A stretch of DNA of 64,000 nucleotides from an uncultured Pelagibacteraceae bacterium (GTDB taxonomy: Bacteria > Pseudomonadota > Alphaproteobacteria > Pelagibacterales > AG-422-B15): assembly GCA_902589175.1 (NCBI GenBank), contig CACIRX010000005.1:5708-69707 (forward strand), read 5' to 3'. The first letter of the stretch is position 1. Every line of letters begins with the position of its first letter. Shown piece after piece: positions 22,875 to 33,882 of this stretch. Under the pieces are notes generated by a model. The model made no database searches. It saw only the letters and a list, made by a program, of their open reading frames with translations, and was not told the origin of the DNA. Made by a program: the position numbers and the translations under genes.

Positions 22875-23870
22875 TTTTAAAAATTTTGAAACTTCAGGCG
22901 CATAATAAGTAATTATTGCGTCTGCTCCTGCTCTTTTGAATGAAGACAATTGTTCTATAACCATAGTTTCTTCTTTAATTATACCTTGTTGTGATCCGAA
23001 TTTAATGAGTGAGTACTCACCTGAAACTTGGTAGGCAAATGTGGGATACTTAAGTTCATTCTTTATTCTGTATATGATGTCCAAATAGCTAATTCCAGGC
23101 TTTACCATTATCATATCGGCCCCTTCAGCTATGTCCATTGATGCCTCCCTGATTGCTTCATCAGAATTCAATATATTCATTTGGTAAGTTTTTTTATCTG
23201 TCTTTAAATTCTTGGATGAGCCAACAGCATCTCTAAATGGCGCATACATGCTTGATGAATATTTTGCTGCATAAGACAAAATGAGAGTATCCACAAATTT
23301 ATTTTTTTCTAACTCGTCTCTAATCATGCCAATCCTACCATCCATCATATCTGAAGGGGCAATTATATCTGCACCATGTTCAGCAAGCAGGATAGATTGT
23401 TTAACTAAAACACCATTAGTTTCGTCGTTTAGAATATTACCTTCATCGCTTAATAATCCATCATGGCCATGATCTGTATATGGATCTAATGCAACATCGC
23501 ACATAATACCAAAGTCAGACTTATGACTTTTAAGCTTTTCAAGAGACCTACAAACTAAATTATCTGGATTTAGTGCTTCATCTCCATATTTTGTTTTTAG
23601 CTCCTGAGGCGTGAAAGGAAATACAGCTATAAGATTTATTTTATGCTCACTAGCAATATCATAGACCTCATTTAAATTGTCTATCGAATACCTATAAACA
23701 TTAGGCATTGATTGAATTTCATCTTTGATATTGTTCCCTTCACATACAAAAACTGGCCATACTAAATCGTTTGAACTAAGCATACTTTCTTGAGTAAGGT
23801 TCCTAATCCATTTAGCTTGACGAGTTCGTCGCAACCTATTTTTTGGATATTTAAGTTCTGATACACTCAT
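22863..23870 (-). CDS. hemB: Porphobilinogen synthase (ALA dehydratase), Asp-rich Zn-independent type
   Basis: DVALDPYTDHGHDG, APSDMMDGRI, MVKPG and YQVSGEY motifs. Confidence 0.97.
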   Translation of the reverse strand: MSVSELKYPKNRLRRTRQAKWIRNLTQESMLSSNDLVWPVFVCEGNNIKDEIQSMPNVYRYSIDNLNEVYDIASEHKINLIAVFPFTPQELKTKYGDEALNPDNLVCRSLEKLKSHKSDFGIMCDVALDPYTDHGHDGLLSDEGNILNDETNGVLVKQSILLAEHGADIIAPSDMMDGRIGMIRDELEKNKFVDTLILSYAAKYSSSMYAPFRDAVGSSKNLKTDKKTYQMNILNSDEAIREASMDIAEGADMIMVKPGISYLDIIYRIKNELKYPTFAYQVSGEYSLIKFGSQQGIIKEETMVIEQLSSFKRAGADAIITYYAPEVSKFLKLID

Positions 23871-24634
23871 TTAGATTTTTTCTTTGGCAATATTATAAAA
23901 GAGCTAGTAGAGTTTATATACTCAGTATAACCATCCTTCTTTTTTGATAATCTATTTTCTAACATAGTCACACCAGAAACCCTAAGTAATAAGTAAGTCA
24001 TTATTATTGGAGCAATAAAAATTAATAAATTGTTTGATAATGCAAAACAGTAAATTGTAATACCCCACCAAAATAGACTATCTCCGAAATAATTAGGGTG
24101 TCTTGAGTAATACCAAAGCCCTTTATCCATAACTTTATTAATATTATTTTGATCTAATTTAAATTTGGATAATTGTATATCAGCTATCGTTTCAATAAGA
24201 ATTCCTGAAAGTGCTATCAATATACCTACCCAATGGACAAAACTTAGATCAATACTAGCGTCTAAGATGCTGATCAGGGGCAATGATACAATTGGAATTA
24301 AAATTATTTGGATTAAGTAAGCTGTTAAATAAAGACCAATATCACCTCTAGCTTCTCTAATTTTAACATATCTAATATCCTCAGTCTTATTAACATTTCT
24401 AATTAAAAGATAGATACCAAGTCTAAAACCCCATATTGTTATTAGAAATAAGCATATTATTTCAGTAACAGAAAATGAATTATTTATTACCAGTGCCAAC
24501 AGAAATGAAAAAAAGAAACTAGGACCCCAGTAAATATCAATAAAATCTGCTCTTCTAGTTTTAAGGGATAATATCCACAAAATAGTGATGACGATAAAAT
24601 TGAAGCCTAATATAGTTATAAAATTAAGTAACAT
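23867..24634 (-). CDS. DUF1295 family membrane protein (steroid 5-alpha-reductase-like)
   Basis: Multiple TM segments; D..W, WG.RL, ED.RY, E.IADIQL and GLW.YSRHPNYFG motifs. Confidence 0.85.
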   Translation of the reverse strand: MLLNFITILGFNFIVITILWILSLKTRRADFIDIYWGPSFFFSFLLALVINNSFSVTEIICLFLITIWGFRLGIYLLIRNVNKTEDIRYVKIREARGDIGLYLTAYLIQIILIPIVSLPLISILDASIDLSFVHWVGILIALSGILIETIADIQLSKFKLDQNNINKVMDKGLWYYSRHPNYFGDSLFWWGITIYCFALSNNLLIFIAPIIMTYLLLRVSGVTMLENRLSKKKDGYTEYINSTSSFIILPKKKSK

Positions 24635-24648
24635 AATTCAGTATATAT

Positions 24649-25398
24649 ATGTCTTTTAAATTTTTAGACAATTATAATTTTATTCCATTTGCACATCGTG
24701 GCGGTTCCTATGATTTTTGTGAAAATACTTTAGATGCATTCAATAATTCAATTAATTTAGGATATCGGCACATCGAAACAGATGTGAGGCATACAAAAGA
24801 TAATAAGTTAATAATATTTCATGACCCTGATTTAAAAAGAATACGTGGCCTAGATGCAAAAATAGAAAATTTAAATTATGAAGAGTTAAAAAATATAAAA
24901 ATTTTTGAGACACATACAATCCCATTACTTGAAGAGGCCTTATCTTGTTGGCCAGAGATCAATTTTAATATTGAACCCAAAAGTTTAGAGTCTGCATATT
25001 TATTGAAAGATAAATTAAAATCTATGAAAAATATTGACAGGATATGTATTGGTTCATTTAGTAATACTAAGATAGATATTTTGAGAAATGAGTTTAAAGA
25101 TAATCTATGTTCATCTATGACGAAGAGTGAGACCATATTATTTTTTCTTAATAGATTTTTTTCTATCTATGATAATAGTATTCCATGTCTTCAAATACCT
25201 ATGACATATATGGGCTTTAGAATTGTTACCAGTAATCTAGTCGAGCATGTTCATAGTCTTGGAAAAAAAATACATGTTTGGACAATTAATGATGAAAACC
25301 AGATGATAGATCTAATAAATATAAATGTTGATGGTATAATGACAGATAAACCGAGAACTTTAAAAAAAGTCTTACAAAAAAAGTCTCTTTGGAATTAA
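24649..25398 (+). CDS. Glycerophosphodiester phosphodiesterase family protein
   Basis: AHRGG, ENT, IETDV, HD, NIEPK, VWTIN and VDGIMTD motifs. Confidence 0.9.
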   Translation: MSFKFLDNYNFIPFAHRGGSYDFCENTLDAFNNSINLGYRHIETDVRHTKDNKLIIFHDPDLKRIRGLDAKIENLNYEELKNIKIFETHTIPLLEEALSCWPEINFNIEPKSLESAYLLKDKLKSMKNIDRICIGSFSNTKIDILRNEFKDNLCSSMTKSETILFFLNRFFSIYDNSIPCLQIPMTYMGFRIVTSNLVEHVHSLGKKIHVWTINDENQMIDLININVDGIMTDKPRTLKKVLQKKSLWN

Positions 25399-25453
25399 TT
25401 ATTGTATTTTTTTATATACAAGATTTAGTATAATTAGTTTAATAATATCCTAT

Positions 25454-25891
25454 ATGAGTGAACAAACTAAAGTTTCTATTGCATCAGACCACGCAGGTTT
25501 TGATCTAAAAGATCAAATAATTAAACGCCTTTTAGATTGTGGAGTTGATGTTATTGATAGAGGACCAGATAAAAAAGTTCCAGTAGATTATCCCGACTTT
25601 GCCTCAAAAGTTACAAATGATATTTTAAATGAAAAAGCTCATAAAGGCGTATTAGTTTGTGGAACTGGCCAAGGGATGGCAATGGCAGCAAATAAAAAAC
25701 CTGGGATTAGAGCTGCTCTTTGCTATAACAGTGAGGTTACAAAATTAGCTAGGGAGCATAATGATGCAAATATTTTGACTTTAGGCGCCCGTGTTATAGA
25801 TGAATCTACAGCCTTAACTCTAGTTGAAACATTCTTAAATACTGACTTTGAGGGCAGCCGACACGCTGTTAGAATAAATAAAATAGGATAA
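25454..25891 (+). CDS. rpiB: Ribose 5-phosphate isomerase B
   Basis: [25 protein letters not shown] and FEG.RH motifs. Confidence 0.96.
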   Translation: MSEQTKVSIASDHAGFDLKDQIIKRLLDCGVDVIDRGPDKKVPVDYPDFASKVTNDILNEKAHKGVLVCGTGQGMAMAANKKPGIRAALCYNSEVTKLAREHNDANILTLGARVIDESTALTLVETFLNTDFEGSRHAVRINKIG

Positions 25892-25895
25892 TTAT

Positions 25896-27157
25896 ATGAC
25901 TTTTTTTTCATCTCCACTTAAAGAAATCGATAACGAAATTCATGAAGCAATAAACAAAGAGCTTTCAAGACAACAAAATCAGATTGAGTTAATTGCATCA
26001 GAAAATATAGTTTCAAAAGCCGTGTTAGAAGCTCAGGGATCTGTATTAACAAATAAATATGCAGAAGGATATACGGCTGCCCGATATTATGGAGGCTGCG
26101 AGTTTGTTGATATTGCTGAGGACCTAGCAATTCAGAGACTAAAAAACTCTATAAATGCGAATATGCTAATGTTCAGCCTCATTCAGGAGCGCAGGCTAAT
26201 GGCGCAGTTATGTTAGCTCTTATAAAACCAGGAGATACAATTTTAGGTATGAGCTTGGATGCTGGTGGACATTTAACTCATGGGTCAGCACCATCCATGT
26301 CAGGAAAATGGTTTAATGCAGTTCAGTATGGTTTGGATGACGAAGGGTTGATAAATTATGATGAAGTTGAGTCGCTTGCAAAAGAACATAAACCTAAAAT
26401 AATAATTGCAGGAGGAAGTGCTTACTCGAGAATTATAGACTTCAAAAGATTTCGTGAGGTTTGTGACTTGGTAGGAGCATATCTTCATGTAGATATGGCT
26501 CACTTTTCAGGACTAGTTGCAGCAGAGGAGTATCCTAATCCAATGGAATTTGCGGATGTTGTTACTTCGACAACCCACAAAACTATAAGAGGTGCTAGAG
26601 GAGGCATGATACTTTCTAATAACACTGACTTAGGTAAAAAATTTAATTCAGCTGTATTCCCAGGTTATCAAGGTGGACCTCTAATGCATGTAATAGCAGG
26701 TAAAGCTGTTGCCTTTGGCGAAGCTCTAAAACCAGAATTTAAAAAATATATAAAACAAGTTATTAAAAATGCTCAAACCCTTAGTCAAACACTAGTAGAT
26801 GGTGGTCTCAAAATTGTTTCTGGAGGAACTGATACGCATCTAATATTGGTTGATTTAACTCCAATGGACCTGACAGGCGATTCCGCCTCAACAAGTCTTG
26901 AGGAAGCCCACATTACATGTAATAAAAACGGAATACCAAAAGATCCTAAACCACCAAAAATAACTTCTGGAATTAGATTAGGGACTCCAGCAGCAACGAC
27001 AAGAGGTTTTAAAGAAAAGGAGTTTGAAACTGTTGGAAATTTAATCCTTGAAACGTTATCAGGATTAAAACAAAGCCCAAATGATAATAGTAAAGTCGAA
27101 AAAATAGTAAAAGAGAAAGTAATAAATCTCTGTAATCAATTTCCAATTTATAATTAG
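25896..27157 (+). CDS. glyA: Serine hydroxymethyltransferase, split by a 1-nt frameshift in the A6 run at 26141-26146
   Basis: ORF 25896..26216 carries ELIASEN and TNKYAEGY; ORF 26210..27157 carries GGHLTHG, DMAH and TTHKT. Adding one A restores [27 protein letters not shown]. Confidence 0.95.
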
Positions 27158-27165
27158 GTGACGAT

Positions 27166-27624
27166 ATGAAGTGTCCATTTTGTGGAAATAATGATACCCA
27201 AGTTAAGGACTCTCGAGCTACGGAGGACAATTCTGCTATAAGAAGAAGGAGGTTTTGTTCTGCATGCGGTGCACGCTTTACAACATTTGAACGTATACAA
27301 TTGAGGGAATTGACTGTTCTTAAAAAATCTGGAAAGAAAGTCCCCTTTGATCGCGACAAATTAGAAAGATCAGTGCAAATAGCTCTAAGAAAAAGACCAG
27401 TTGATAATGAAAGAGTTGATAGAATGATTAGCGGTATAGTTAGAAGAGTTGAGAGTCTAGGTGAAACAGAAGTTTCATCAGATGTGATAGGTGAAATTGT
27501 TATGGAAGGATTACAAAGTATTGACTCTGTTGCATATGTTCGTTTTGCATCAGTCTATAAAAATTTCCGTGAGGCAAAAGATTTTGAAGAGTTTTTAGGT
27601 GTAATTTCCTCTACTGAAGATTAG
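27166..27624 (+). CDS. nrdR: Transcriptional repressor NrdR
   Basis: MKCPFC Zn ribbon, RRRRFC..C, RFTTFE, ATP cone, [10 protein letters not shown]. Confidence 0.98.
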   Translation: MKCPFCGNNDTQVKDSRATEDNSAIRRRRFCSACGARFTTFERIQLRELTVLKKSGKKVPFDRDKLERSVQIALRKRPVDNERVDRMISGIVRRVESLGETEVSSDVIGEIVMEGLQSIDSVAYVRFASVYKNFREAKDFEEFLGVISSTED

Positions 27625-27632
27625 GTTAGCAT

Positions 27633-28718
27633 TTGAGTGAAAAAAATTACCTTAGAATCGCTGAAAGAATGGCACTTAGGGCTATTGGTACAACGTATCC
27701 AAATCCTCCGGTAGGAGCAGTAATTGTTAACAACGGTATAATTTTGTCAAGAGGTTGGACACAGCCTAAAGGTGTGCCTCACGCCGAAATTCATGCAATA
27801 AACCAAATTAAAAATAAAAAAGATATTAAAGGTGCTCATTTGTATTGCACTCTAGAACCATGTTCGCATGAAGGTAAAACCCCTCCTTGTGTTGATAAAA
27901 TTATAGAACTCAAATTTGCAAAAGTGATCATCTCTCAGGTTGATAAGAATCCCCAGGTTAATAATAATTCAGTAAAAAAATTAAGATCAGCTGGTGTTAA
28001 CGTTATTATTAAAAATTTTGGTGATAAAATAGAACAATTGAATAATATTTTTTTTAATTCAATAAAAGATCTTAAGCCATTCATAACACTTAAAATTGCA
28101 TCTACGGCAGATGGTAAGATTGCAACAAATTTATACGAAAGTAAATGGATCACTAATACAACTTCACGAATGTTTGGCCATAAATTAAGATCGTTGAATG
28201 AATGTTTGATTGTAGGAACTGGAACAATAAGAAAAGATAACCCCATATTAAATTGTAGGCTCGAAGGATTAAGTGGAAGATCTCCTGATATATTTGTTTT
28301 AGATAGAAGACTAGATTTAAAGCATAATTTAAAAATATTTAGCAATAAAAAACGTAGAATATATATTTTTCATTCTGATAAATTGAAGAAAAAAATTTTA
28401 AATTCAAAGAATATAAAGTATATAAAAATTAAAGAAGTAAATAACGTGTTAGATATCAATACCGTCATAAGAAAAATATCTGATTTAGGTTATATGAGAG
28501 TGTTGGTTGAAGGAGGCTCAAAATTGTCAGCTTCTCTGTTGAATGAAAATCTAATTGACGAAATAGCTTGGTTTAGGGCTAGCAAAATAATGGGAAATAA
28601 AGGTATTAATGCTATTTCAAATTTAGATATTGATAGTATTGAAAATTTAAAAAAATTTAAGTTAATTAGTGTTAAATCAATTGATAATGACCAGTTATCT
28701 ATTTATAGGAAAAAATAA
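27633..28718 (+). CDS. ribD: Riboflavin biosynthesis deaminase/reductase
   Basis: PNPPVG, HAE, TLEPCSH.GKTPPC, SKWIT and VEGG motifs. Confidence 0.95.
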   Translation: MSEKNYLRIAERMALRAIGTTYPNPPVGAVIVNNGIILSRGWTQPKGVPHAEIHAINQIKNKKDIKGAHLYCTLEPCSHEGKTPPCVDKIIELKFAKVIISQVDKNPQVNNNSVKKLRSAGVNVIIKNFGDKIEQLNNIFFNSIKDLKPFITLKIASTADGKIATNLYESKWITNTTSRMFGHKLRSLNECLIVGTGTIRKDNPILNCRLEGLSGRSPDIFVLDRRLDLKHNLKIFSNKKRRIYIFHSDKLKKKILNSKNIKYIKIKEVNNVLDINTVIRKISDLGYMRVLVEGGSKLSASLLNENLIDEIAWFRASKIMGNKGINAISNLDIDSIENLKKFKLISVKSIDNDQLSIYRKK

Positions 28719-28721
28719 TCC

Positions 28722-29312
28722 ATGTTTTCCGGAATAATAGAAAATATAGGAATTGTTAAAGAGTATAAAAAACTAAAAGACTATCGGCTTGTACTTGATA
28801 CTGATCTTAACTTTAAAGATGTAAAAAAAGGAAGCTCAGTTTGCTGTAATGGAGTATGTTTAACTGTTACATCTAAAAAAAAATTATCAAAAAAAACAAG
28901 ACTTAGCTTTGATGTTTCAAAAGAGACCGTAAATTGTACAAATTTTAATCATATAAAAATAGGCGATCTAGTAAATATTGAGAAATCTCTAAGAGTTGGA
29001 GATGAAATAAGTGGTCATTTCGTTTTTGGGCATGTAGATGATACTGCTTCATTAGTATCATTAATAAAAATTGGTGGCTCTTATGAGTTAAAATTCAAAA
29101 TTTCTAAAAAACTAAGTAAGTTTATCGCAAAAAAAGGGTCTATTGCCATAAATGGTATTTCTCTTACAGTCAATAATTTTAAAAAAGGTGAAATTTACCT
29201 CAATATAATTCCTCACACATGGAAAAAAACTAATCTTAATAAATTAAAAGTAGGCGATAGAATAAATCTTGAAGTAGATATGCTTGCAAGATATGTTACG
29301 CAAAACCGTTGA
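28722..29312 (+). CDS. ribE: Riboflavin synthase
   Basis: MFSGIIE, NGVCLTV, GHFVFGHVD, KGSIAINGISLTV and NLEVD motifs. Confidence 0.95.
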   Translation: MFSGIIENIGIVKEYKKLKDYRLVLDTDLNFKDVKKGSSVCCNGVCLTVTSKKKLSKKTRLSFDVSKETVNCTNFNHIKIGDLVNIEKSLRVGDEISGHFVFGHVDDTASLVSLIKIGGSYELKFKISKKLSKFIAKKGSIAINGISLTVNNFKKGEIYLNIIPHTWKKTNLNKLKVGDRINLEVDMLARYVTQNR

Positions 29313-29324
29313 TCTGTGTTGTTT

Positions 29325-30446
29325 ATGAATAATGAATTTATATCGTCTATTGAAGAAATAATTGAAGACCAAAAACTTGGTAAAATGGTAATTATGGTCG
29401 ATGATGAAGATCGTGAAAATGAGGGAGATTTGATCATTCCCGCGGCGAAAGTTGATGATAAAGCAATAAACTTTATGGCAACTCATGGCAGGGGTTTGAT
29501 TTGTTTATCGCTTACAGAGGATAGAGTAAAGGAACTTAATTTACCTTTGATGTCACAAAATAATGACTCACGCGACACTACTGCATTTACAATATCCATA
29601 GAGGCAAAAGAGGGTGTTACAACGGGTATTTCTGCGCAAGACCGAGCTGTAACAATCCAAACTGCAATTGATCAAAATAAATCAAAAAAAGACATTATGA
29701 GCCCTGGACATGTATTTCCATTAGTTGCCAGAGACGGAGGTGTATTAATGAGAGCTGGTCACACTGAAGCGTCAGTCGATTTAGCTAGGCTTAGTGGGTA
29801 TACGCCAGCGGGAGTTATTTGCGAAATAATGAATGATGATGGCACTATGGCAAGAATTCCTGACCTTATTGAGTTTTCAAAAAAACATAGCATCAAAATA
29901 GGAAGGATAGTGGATTTAATTTCTCATAGAAGAAATAAAGATAAGTTTATAAAAAAATCTTATGACTCAGAGATAAATTTAGACTCAGGTGGTAAATTCA
30001 ATATCAAAATATATGAGTCACTCTATGACGGTACCGAGCAAATTGTACTAACAAAAGGAGATGTAAGTGATGGAAATCCGATTATGGTCAGAGTACATGT
30101 TACAGACTACTTTGATAATTTATTTGGTAATTACGGAAGTGATGATGCTTCATTACACAAAGCTATCAAAATCATTGAAAAGGAAAATAGAGGAGTCATT
30201 ATCTTAATTAGAGATACTGGTAAATATATAATAAATAATTTAATAACAAACCAATCAAATCCAGGTAATCAAATACAAACTACTAGTGACGAACTTAGAA
30301 TTTATGGCATGGGAGCGCAAATCCTATCAGAAATTGGAGTAAAAAAAATGATACTTCTTACGAATACTGAATGGAAATTTATTGGTTTAGATGCCTTTAA
30401 TATAGAAATAATTGAGACTAAATTTTTAAATACTATAAATGACTAA
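29325..30446 (+). CDS. ribB: 3,4-dihydroxy-2-butanone-4-phosphate synthase fused to a degenerate GTP cyclohydrolase II domain (RibBX)
   Basis: DDEDRENEGD, TTGISA.DR and RAGHTEA motifs; the C-terminal domain lacks the Zn-binding cysteines. Confidence 0.93.
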   Translation: MNNEFISSIEEIIEDQKLGKMVIMVDDEDRENEGDLIIPAAKVDDKAINFMATHGRGLICLSLTEDRVKELNLPLMSQNNDSRDTTAFTISIEAKEGVTTGISAQDRAVTIQTAIDQNKSKKDIMSPGHVFPLVARDGGVLMRAGHTEASVDLARLSGYTPAGVICEIMNDDGTMARIPDLIEFSKKHSIKIGRIVDLISHRRNKDKFIKKSYDSEINLDSGGKFNIKIYESLYDGTEQIVLTKGDVSDGNPIMVRVHVTDYFDNLFGNYGSDDASLHKAIKIIEKENRGVIILIRDTGKYIINNLITNQSNPGNQIQTTSDELRIYGMGAQILSEIGVKKMILLTNTEWKFIGLDAFNIEIIETKFLNTIND

Positions 30447-30852
30447 AAAATATAAATTCTTATTAGTAGCCTCGACTTTTTATCCCAAAATAACAGAAGG
30501 TTTATTGAATGGTGCAGTCACTGAGTTGAAAAGACTAAAATTTAATTACGATGTATTTAAGGTAAACGGGTCACTTGAAATCCCTGTTCAAATTGCGATA
30601 CTTCTAAAAAGAAAAAAATACGATGCAGTTATTGCAGTGGGCTGTATTATTAAAGGTAAGACTGATCATTATGAGTTTATTGCAAATGCTATTACAAATT
30701 CACTGCTATCAATATCTGTTAAAAATAGAATTCCAGTTTCCAACACTGTACTTACATGTTCAAGTATTAAGCAAGCAACTGAGCGATCTTCGAAGAAACT
30801 CAATAGAGCAAAAGAAGCAGTTTTGGCGGCTATATCAGTTTTAAAAAATTAA
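30439..30852 (+). CDS. ribH: 6,7-dimethyl-8-ribityllumazine synthase
   Basis: V.GSLEIP and DAVIAVGCIIKG.TDHYE motifs; lies between ribB and nusB. Confidence 0.93.
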   Translation: MTKKYKFLLVASTFYPKITEGLLNGAVTELKRLKFNYDVFKVNGSLEIPVQIAILLKRKKYDAVIAVGCIIKGKTDHYEFIANAITNSLLSISVKNRIPVSNTVLTCSSIKQATERSSKKLNRAKEAVLAAISVLKN

Positions 30853-30858
30853 AAATCA

Positions 30859-31281
30859 ATGTCTGATATAAAATCATATCAAAGGCTTTTAGCTGTTCAG
30901 GCTTTTTATGAATTTACTATTAATAAAAGAGGAATGGATGATTCTTTTGAAGAATCGCTTTTACATATTGTTGAAAATAGTGATTTTAAAAACAAAATAA
31001 ATAATTCCAAACTTTTACTTACTAAAGAAATTTTAGAGGGTGTTTTTCATAATCTGAAAAAAATAGATTTGATCTTAAAAAGTTCACTTAAGGATAAAAG
31101 TAAAGTAAAATCATTTGATAAATTATTACTTTCTATCTTCCGATGCGCAATTTATGAGATTGAAGTAAAAAAAGAAATTTCAAAGAAAATTGTTATTTCA
31201 GAGTATTTATTGATATTGAATCATTTTTTTGGCAATAAAGAGGCTACACTTCTAAATGGAGTACTTGATAACCTTAGATAA
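30859..31281 (+). CDS. nusB: Transcription antitermination factor NusB
   Basis: RLLAVQA.YE, IFRCAIYE, VISEY and NGVLD motifs; follows ribH. Confidence 0.9.
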   Translation: MSDIKSYQRLLAVQAFYEFTINKRGMDDSFEESLLHIVENSDFKNKINNSKLLLTKEILEGVFHNLKKIDLILKSSLKDKSKVKSFDKLLLSIFRCAIYEIEVKKEISKKIVISEYLLILNHFFGNKEATLLNGVLDNLR

Positions 31282-31363
31282 AATTAGAATAAAATAAAAG
31301 TTGCATATTTATGTAATTTTTGGCATTTTCTCCACCAGCAATAAACAATTAAGGACATAAGAT

Positions 31364-33436
31364 ATGAGTATATTAAACCTAATTATTTTCTCAGGAATAC
31401 TATCAATTATTTATGGTTTTTGGGCTGGAAATTCAGTTTTAAAATCAAATCCTGGTAGTGAAAAAATGCAAGAAATTTCATCAGCAATTCAAATTGGTGC
31501 TCAAGCTTATTTAAATAGGCAATATACAACTATTGCTATTGTAGGTGCAGTTATCTGTGTTCTTTTATATTTATTTTTTAGAGATTTTTGGGTTGTTGGA
31601 GGTTATTTAATTGGCGCAATACTATCAGGCGCGGCTGGATACATTGGAATGATAATTTCCGTTAGGGCTAATGTTAGAACAGCTCAGGCAGCTAGTGAGA
31701 GTTTGGGAAAAGGTCTAAATGTTGCTTTTAAAGCTGGTGCTGTAACTGGCATGCTTGTTGCTGGTTTGGCTTTATTATCAATATCAGTTTACTATGCTGT
31801 ATTAGAGTCTTTCTCGGTGTCTGAGGAGACTCTCAAGCATGCACTTGTTGCTCTGGGATTTGGTGCCTCACTTATTTCAATATTTGCCAGACTTGGGGGC
31901 GGAATTTTTACTAAAGGAGCAGATGTTGGAGCTGATCTAGTTGGCAAAGTTGAAGCGGGTATTCCTGAGGATGACCCTAGAAATCCTGCAGTTATAGCTG
32001 ATAATGTTGGAGATAATGTTGGAGATTGCGCGGGCATGGCGGCTGATTTATTTGAGACTTATGCTGTAACAATTGTAGCAACCATGGTTTTAGCTACAAT
32101 ATTTTTTTCTGGCGAAATTGCTCACATGATGACTATTTACCCTATGGCAATTGGTGGAAGTTGTTTGGTGGCTTCTATCATCGGTACTTTTTTTGTAAGA
32201 TTAGGGTCTTCTCAAAGTATTATGGGTGCATTATATAAAGGCTTTATTGCATCAGCAATACTCTCATTGATTTTTATTTATCCAGTAACTCAAATAGTAT
32301 TAGGCGACATGTCAAAAGAATTTACTTTTGGTGAAACGACATTTTCTGGAACTTCACTTTATTTATGTTCAATAATAGGAATTGTAATTACAGGACTTCT
32401 TATCTGGATAACTGAATATTATACCGGTACAAATTATAGACCAGTTCAAAGTGTTGCAAAAGCCTCTACAACTGGCCATGGAACAAATGTAATCCAAGGA
32501 TTAGCGGTTTCTATGGAAGCAACAGCGCTTCCAGCATTAGTTATTGTGATAGGTATTGTTATGACGTTTCAGTTGGCTGGCTTATTTGGAATTGCAATTG
32601 CAGTAACTGCAATGCTTGCACTAGCTGGAATGGTTGTTGCGCTTGATGCATATGGTCCTGTCACAGATAATGCTGGTGGTATTGCAGAAATGTCAAATCT
32701 AGATGAAAATGTAAGAAAAACTACGGACGCACTTGATGCAGTTGGAAATACAACAAAAGCAGTTACAAAGGGCTATGCAATTGGTTCGGCTGGTTTGGGA
32801 GCATTAGTTTTATTTGCTGCTTACGTAGAAGATCTTAAATTAATTGATAGTCTAACTCCGAATTTCAGTCTGGAAAATCCATATGTGGTTGTTGGACTAT
32901 TAATAGGTGGTTTACTGCCTTATTTGTTCGCCTCAATGGGAATGATGGCCGTTGGTCGTGCTGGTGGCGCAGTCGTTGAAGAAGTTAGAAAACAATTTGC
33001 TGATAATCCTGGCATTATGACAGGTCAGTCAAAGCCAGACTACTCAAGATCTGTTGATATGCTGACAAGATCAGCAATAAAGGAAATGATTATACCTTCA
33101 ATGCTACCAGTGTTATCTCCTATTATTTTATATGCAATTGTCGCAATTGTTGCAGATCAAAATGCTGCTGTTTCCTCAGTTGGCGCAATGTTACTTGGTG
33201 TAATTGTAACAGGTATTTTTGTAGCAATTTCAATGACAGCTGGTGGTGGTGCATGGGATAATGCAAAAAAGTATGTTGAAGATGGTAATTTTGGCGGTAA
33301 AGGGTCTGAAGCTCATAAAGCTGCCGTTACAGGAGATACAGTAGGTGATCCTTATAAAGATACAGCAGGACCAGCAGTTAACCCAATGATCAAAATAACA
33401 AACATTGTTGCATTGCTGTTATTAGCTGCCCTATAA
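31364..33436 (+). CDS. hppA: Membrane-bound proton-translocating pyrophosphatase, K+-independent type
   Basis: [27 protein letters not shown] and [10 protein letters not shown] motifs; Lys in GNTTKA marks the K+-independent class. Confidence 0.95.
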   Translation: MSILNLIIFSGILSIIYGFWAGNSVLKSNPGSEKMQEISSAIQIGAQAYLNRQYTTIAIVGAVICVLLYLFFRDFWVVGGYLIGAILSGAAGYIGMIISVRANVRTAQAASESLGKGLNVAFKAGAVTGMLVAGLALLSISVYYAVLESFSVSEETLKHALVALGFGASLISIFARLGGGIFTKGADVGADLVGKVEAGIPEDDPRNPAVIADNVGDNVGDCAGMAADLFETYAVTIVATMVLATIFFSGEIAHMMTIYPMAIGGSCLVASIIGTFFVRLGSSQSIMGALYKGFIASAILSLIFIYPVTQIVLGDMSKEFTFGETTFSGTSLYLCSIIGIVITGLLIWITEYYTGTNYRPVQSVAKASTTGHGTNVIQGLAVSMEATALPALVIVIGIVMTFQLAGLFGIAIAVTAMLALAGMVVALDAYGPVTDNAGGIAEMSNLDENVRKTTDALDAVGNTTKAVTKGYAIGSAGLGALVLFAAYVEDLKLIDSLTPNFSLENPYVVVGLLIGGLLPYLFASMGMMAVGRAGGAVVEEVRKQFADNPGIMTGQSKPDYSRSVDMLTRSAIKEMIIPSMLPVLSPIILYAIVAIVADQNAAVSSVGAMLLGVIVTGIFVAISMTAGGGAWDNAKKYVEDGNFGGKGSEAHKAAVTGDTVGDPYKDTAGPAVNPMIKITNIVALLLLAAL

Positions 33437-33443
33437 GTATTTT

Positions 33444-33875
33444 TTAATTACCTCTTGTAAACGCTTCGTATAATTGGTCGGTAATTCCGTAGGCATCTCT
33501 TCTAACTTTAGTCACGTCAGAAGAAAATGAAATTTTATTAAAATCATCAACAGTCAAAATACTTTGATTTTCAAGTATTCCGTCCTTATTAAATGAGTAT
33601 CTAAATATATTTTGAACTAATAATGAATCCTCCTCAAATACTTTTTGTTCTTTTAAAGACAAAAGATATATCCAAACATTGTTAACATCATTTATCTCAA
33701 TTGAAGGAGAGCCCATTACTTTAAATATTTCATTTCTTGAGGTAATATTAACTTCAAATTCAGCAATTTTGTCGGATGAGATAAGTAAATCGTCCATGAG
33801 ATATCCATGTTGCTTATTTATTGGGGAACAACTATATAGAATAAATAGTATTAGGAAAATTTTAGTATATTTCAC
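33444..33875 (-). CDS. bamE: Outer membrane protein assembly factor BamE (lipoprotein)
   Basis: Lipobox LYSC, HGY, MGSPS and W.Y motifs; divergent from the Cbp3-like gene as is usual in alphaproteobacteria. Confidence 0.85.
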   Translation of the reverse strand: MKYTKIFLILFILYSCSPINKQHGYLMDDLLISSDKIAEFEVNITSRNEIFKVMGSPSIEINDVNNVWIYLLSLKEQKVFEEDSLLVQNIFRYSFNKDGILENQSILTVDDFNKISFSSDVTKVRRDAYGITDQLYEAFTRGN

Positions 33876-33882
33876 ATTTTTT

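Noticed and set aside
25355-25390. Direct repeat AAAAAAAGTCT twice at the GDPD 3' end
   Set aside because: Low-complexity Lys-codon sequence in an AT-rich genome; only two copies.
33679-33882. 68-aa N-terminal extension of the Cbp3-like ORF in the ORF track
   Set aside because: It is antisense to bamE; homology-like sequence starts at ATG 33883.
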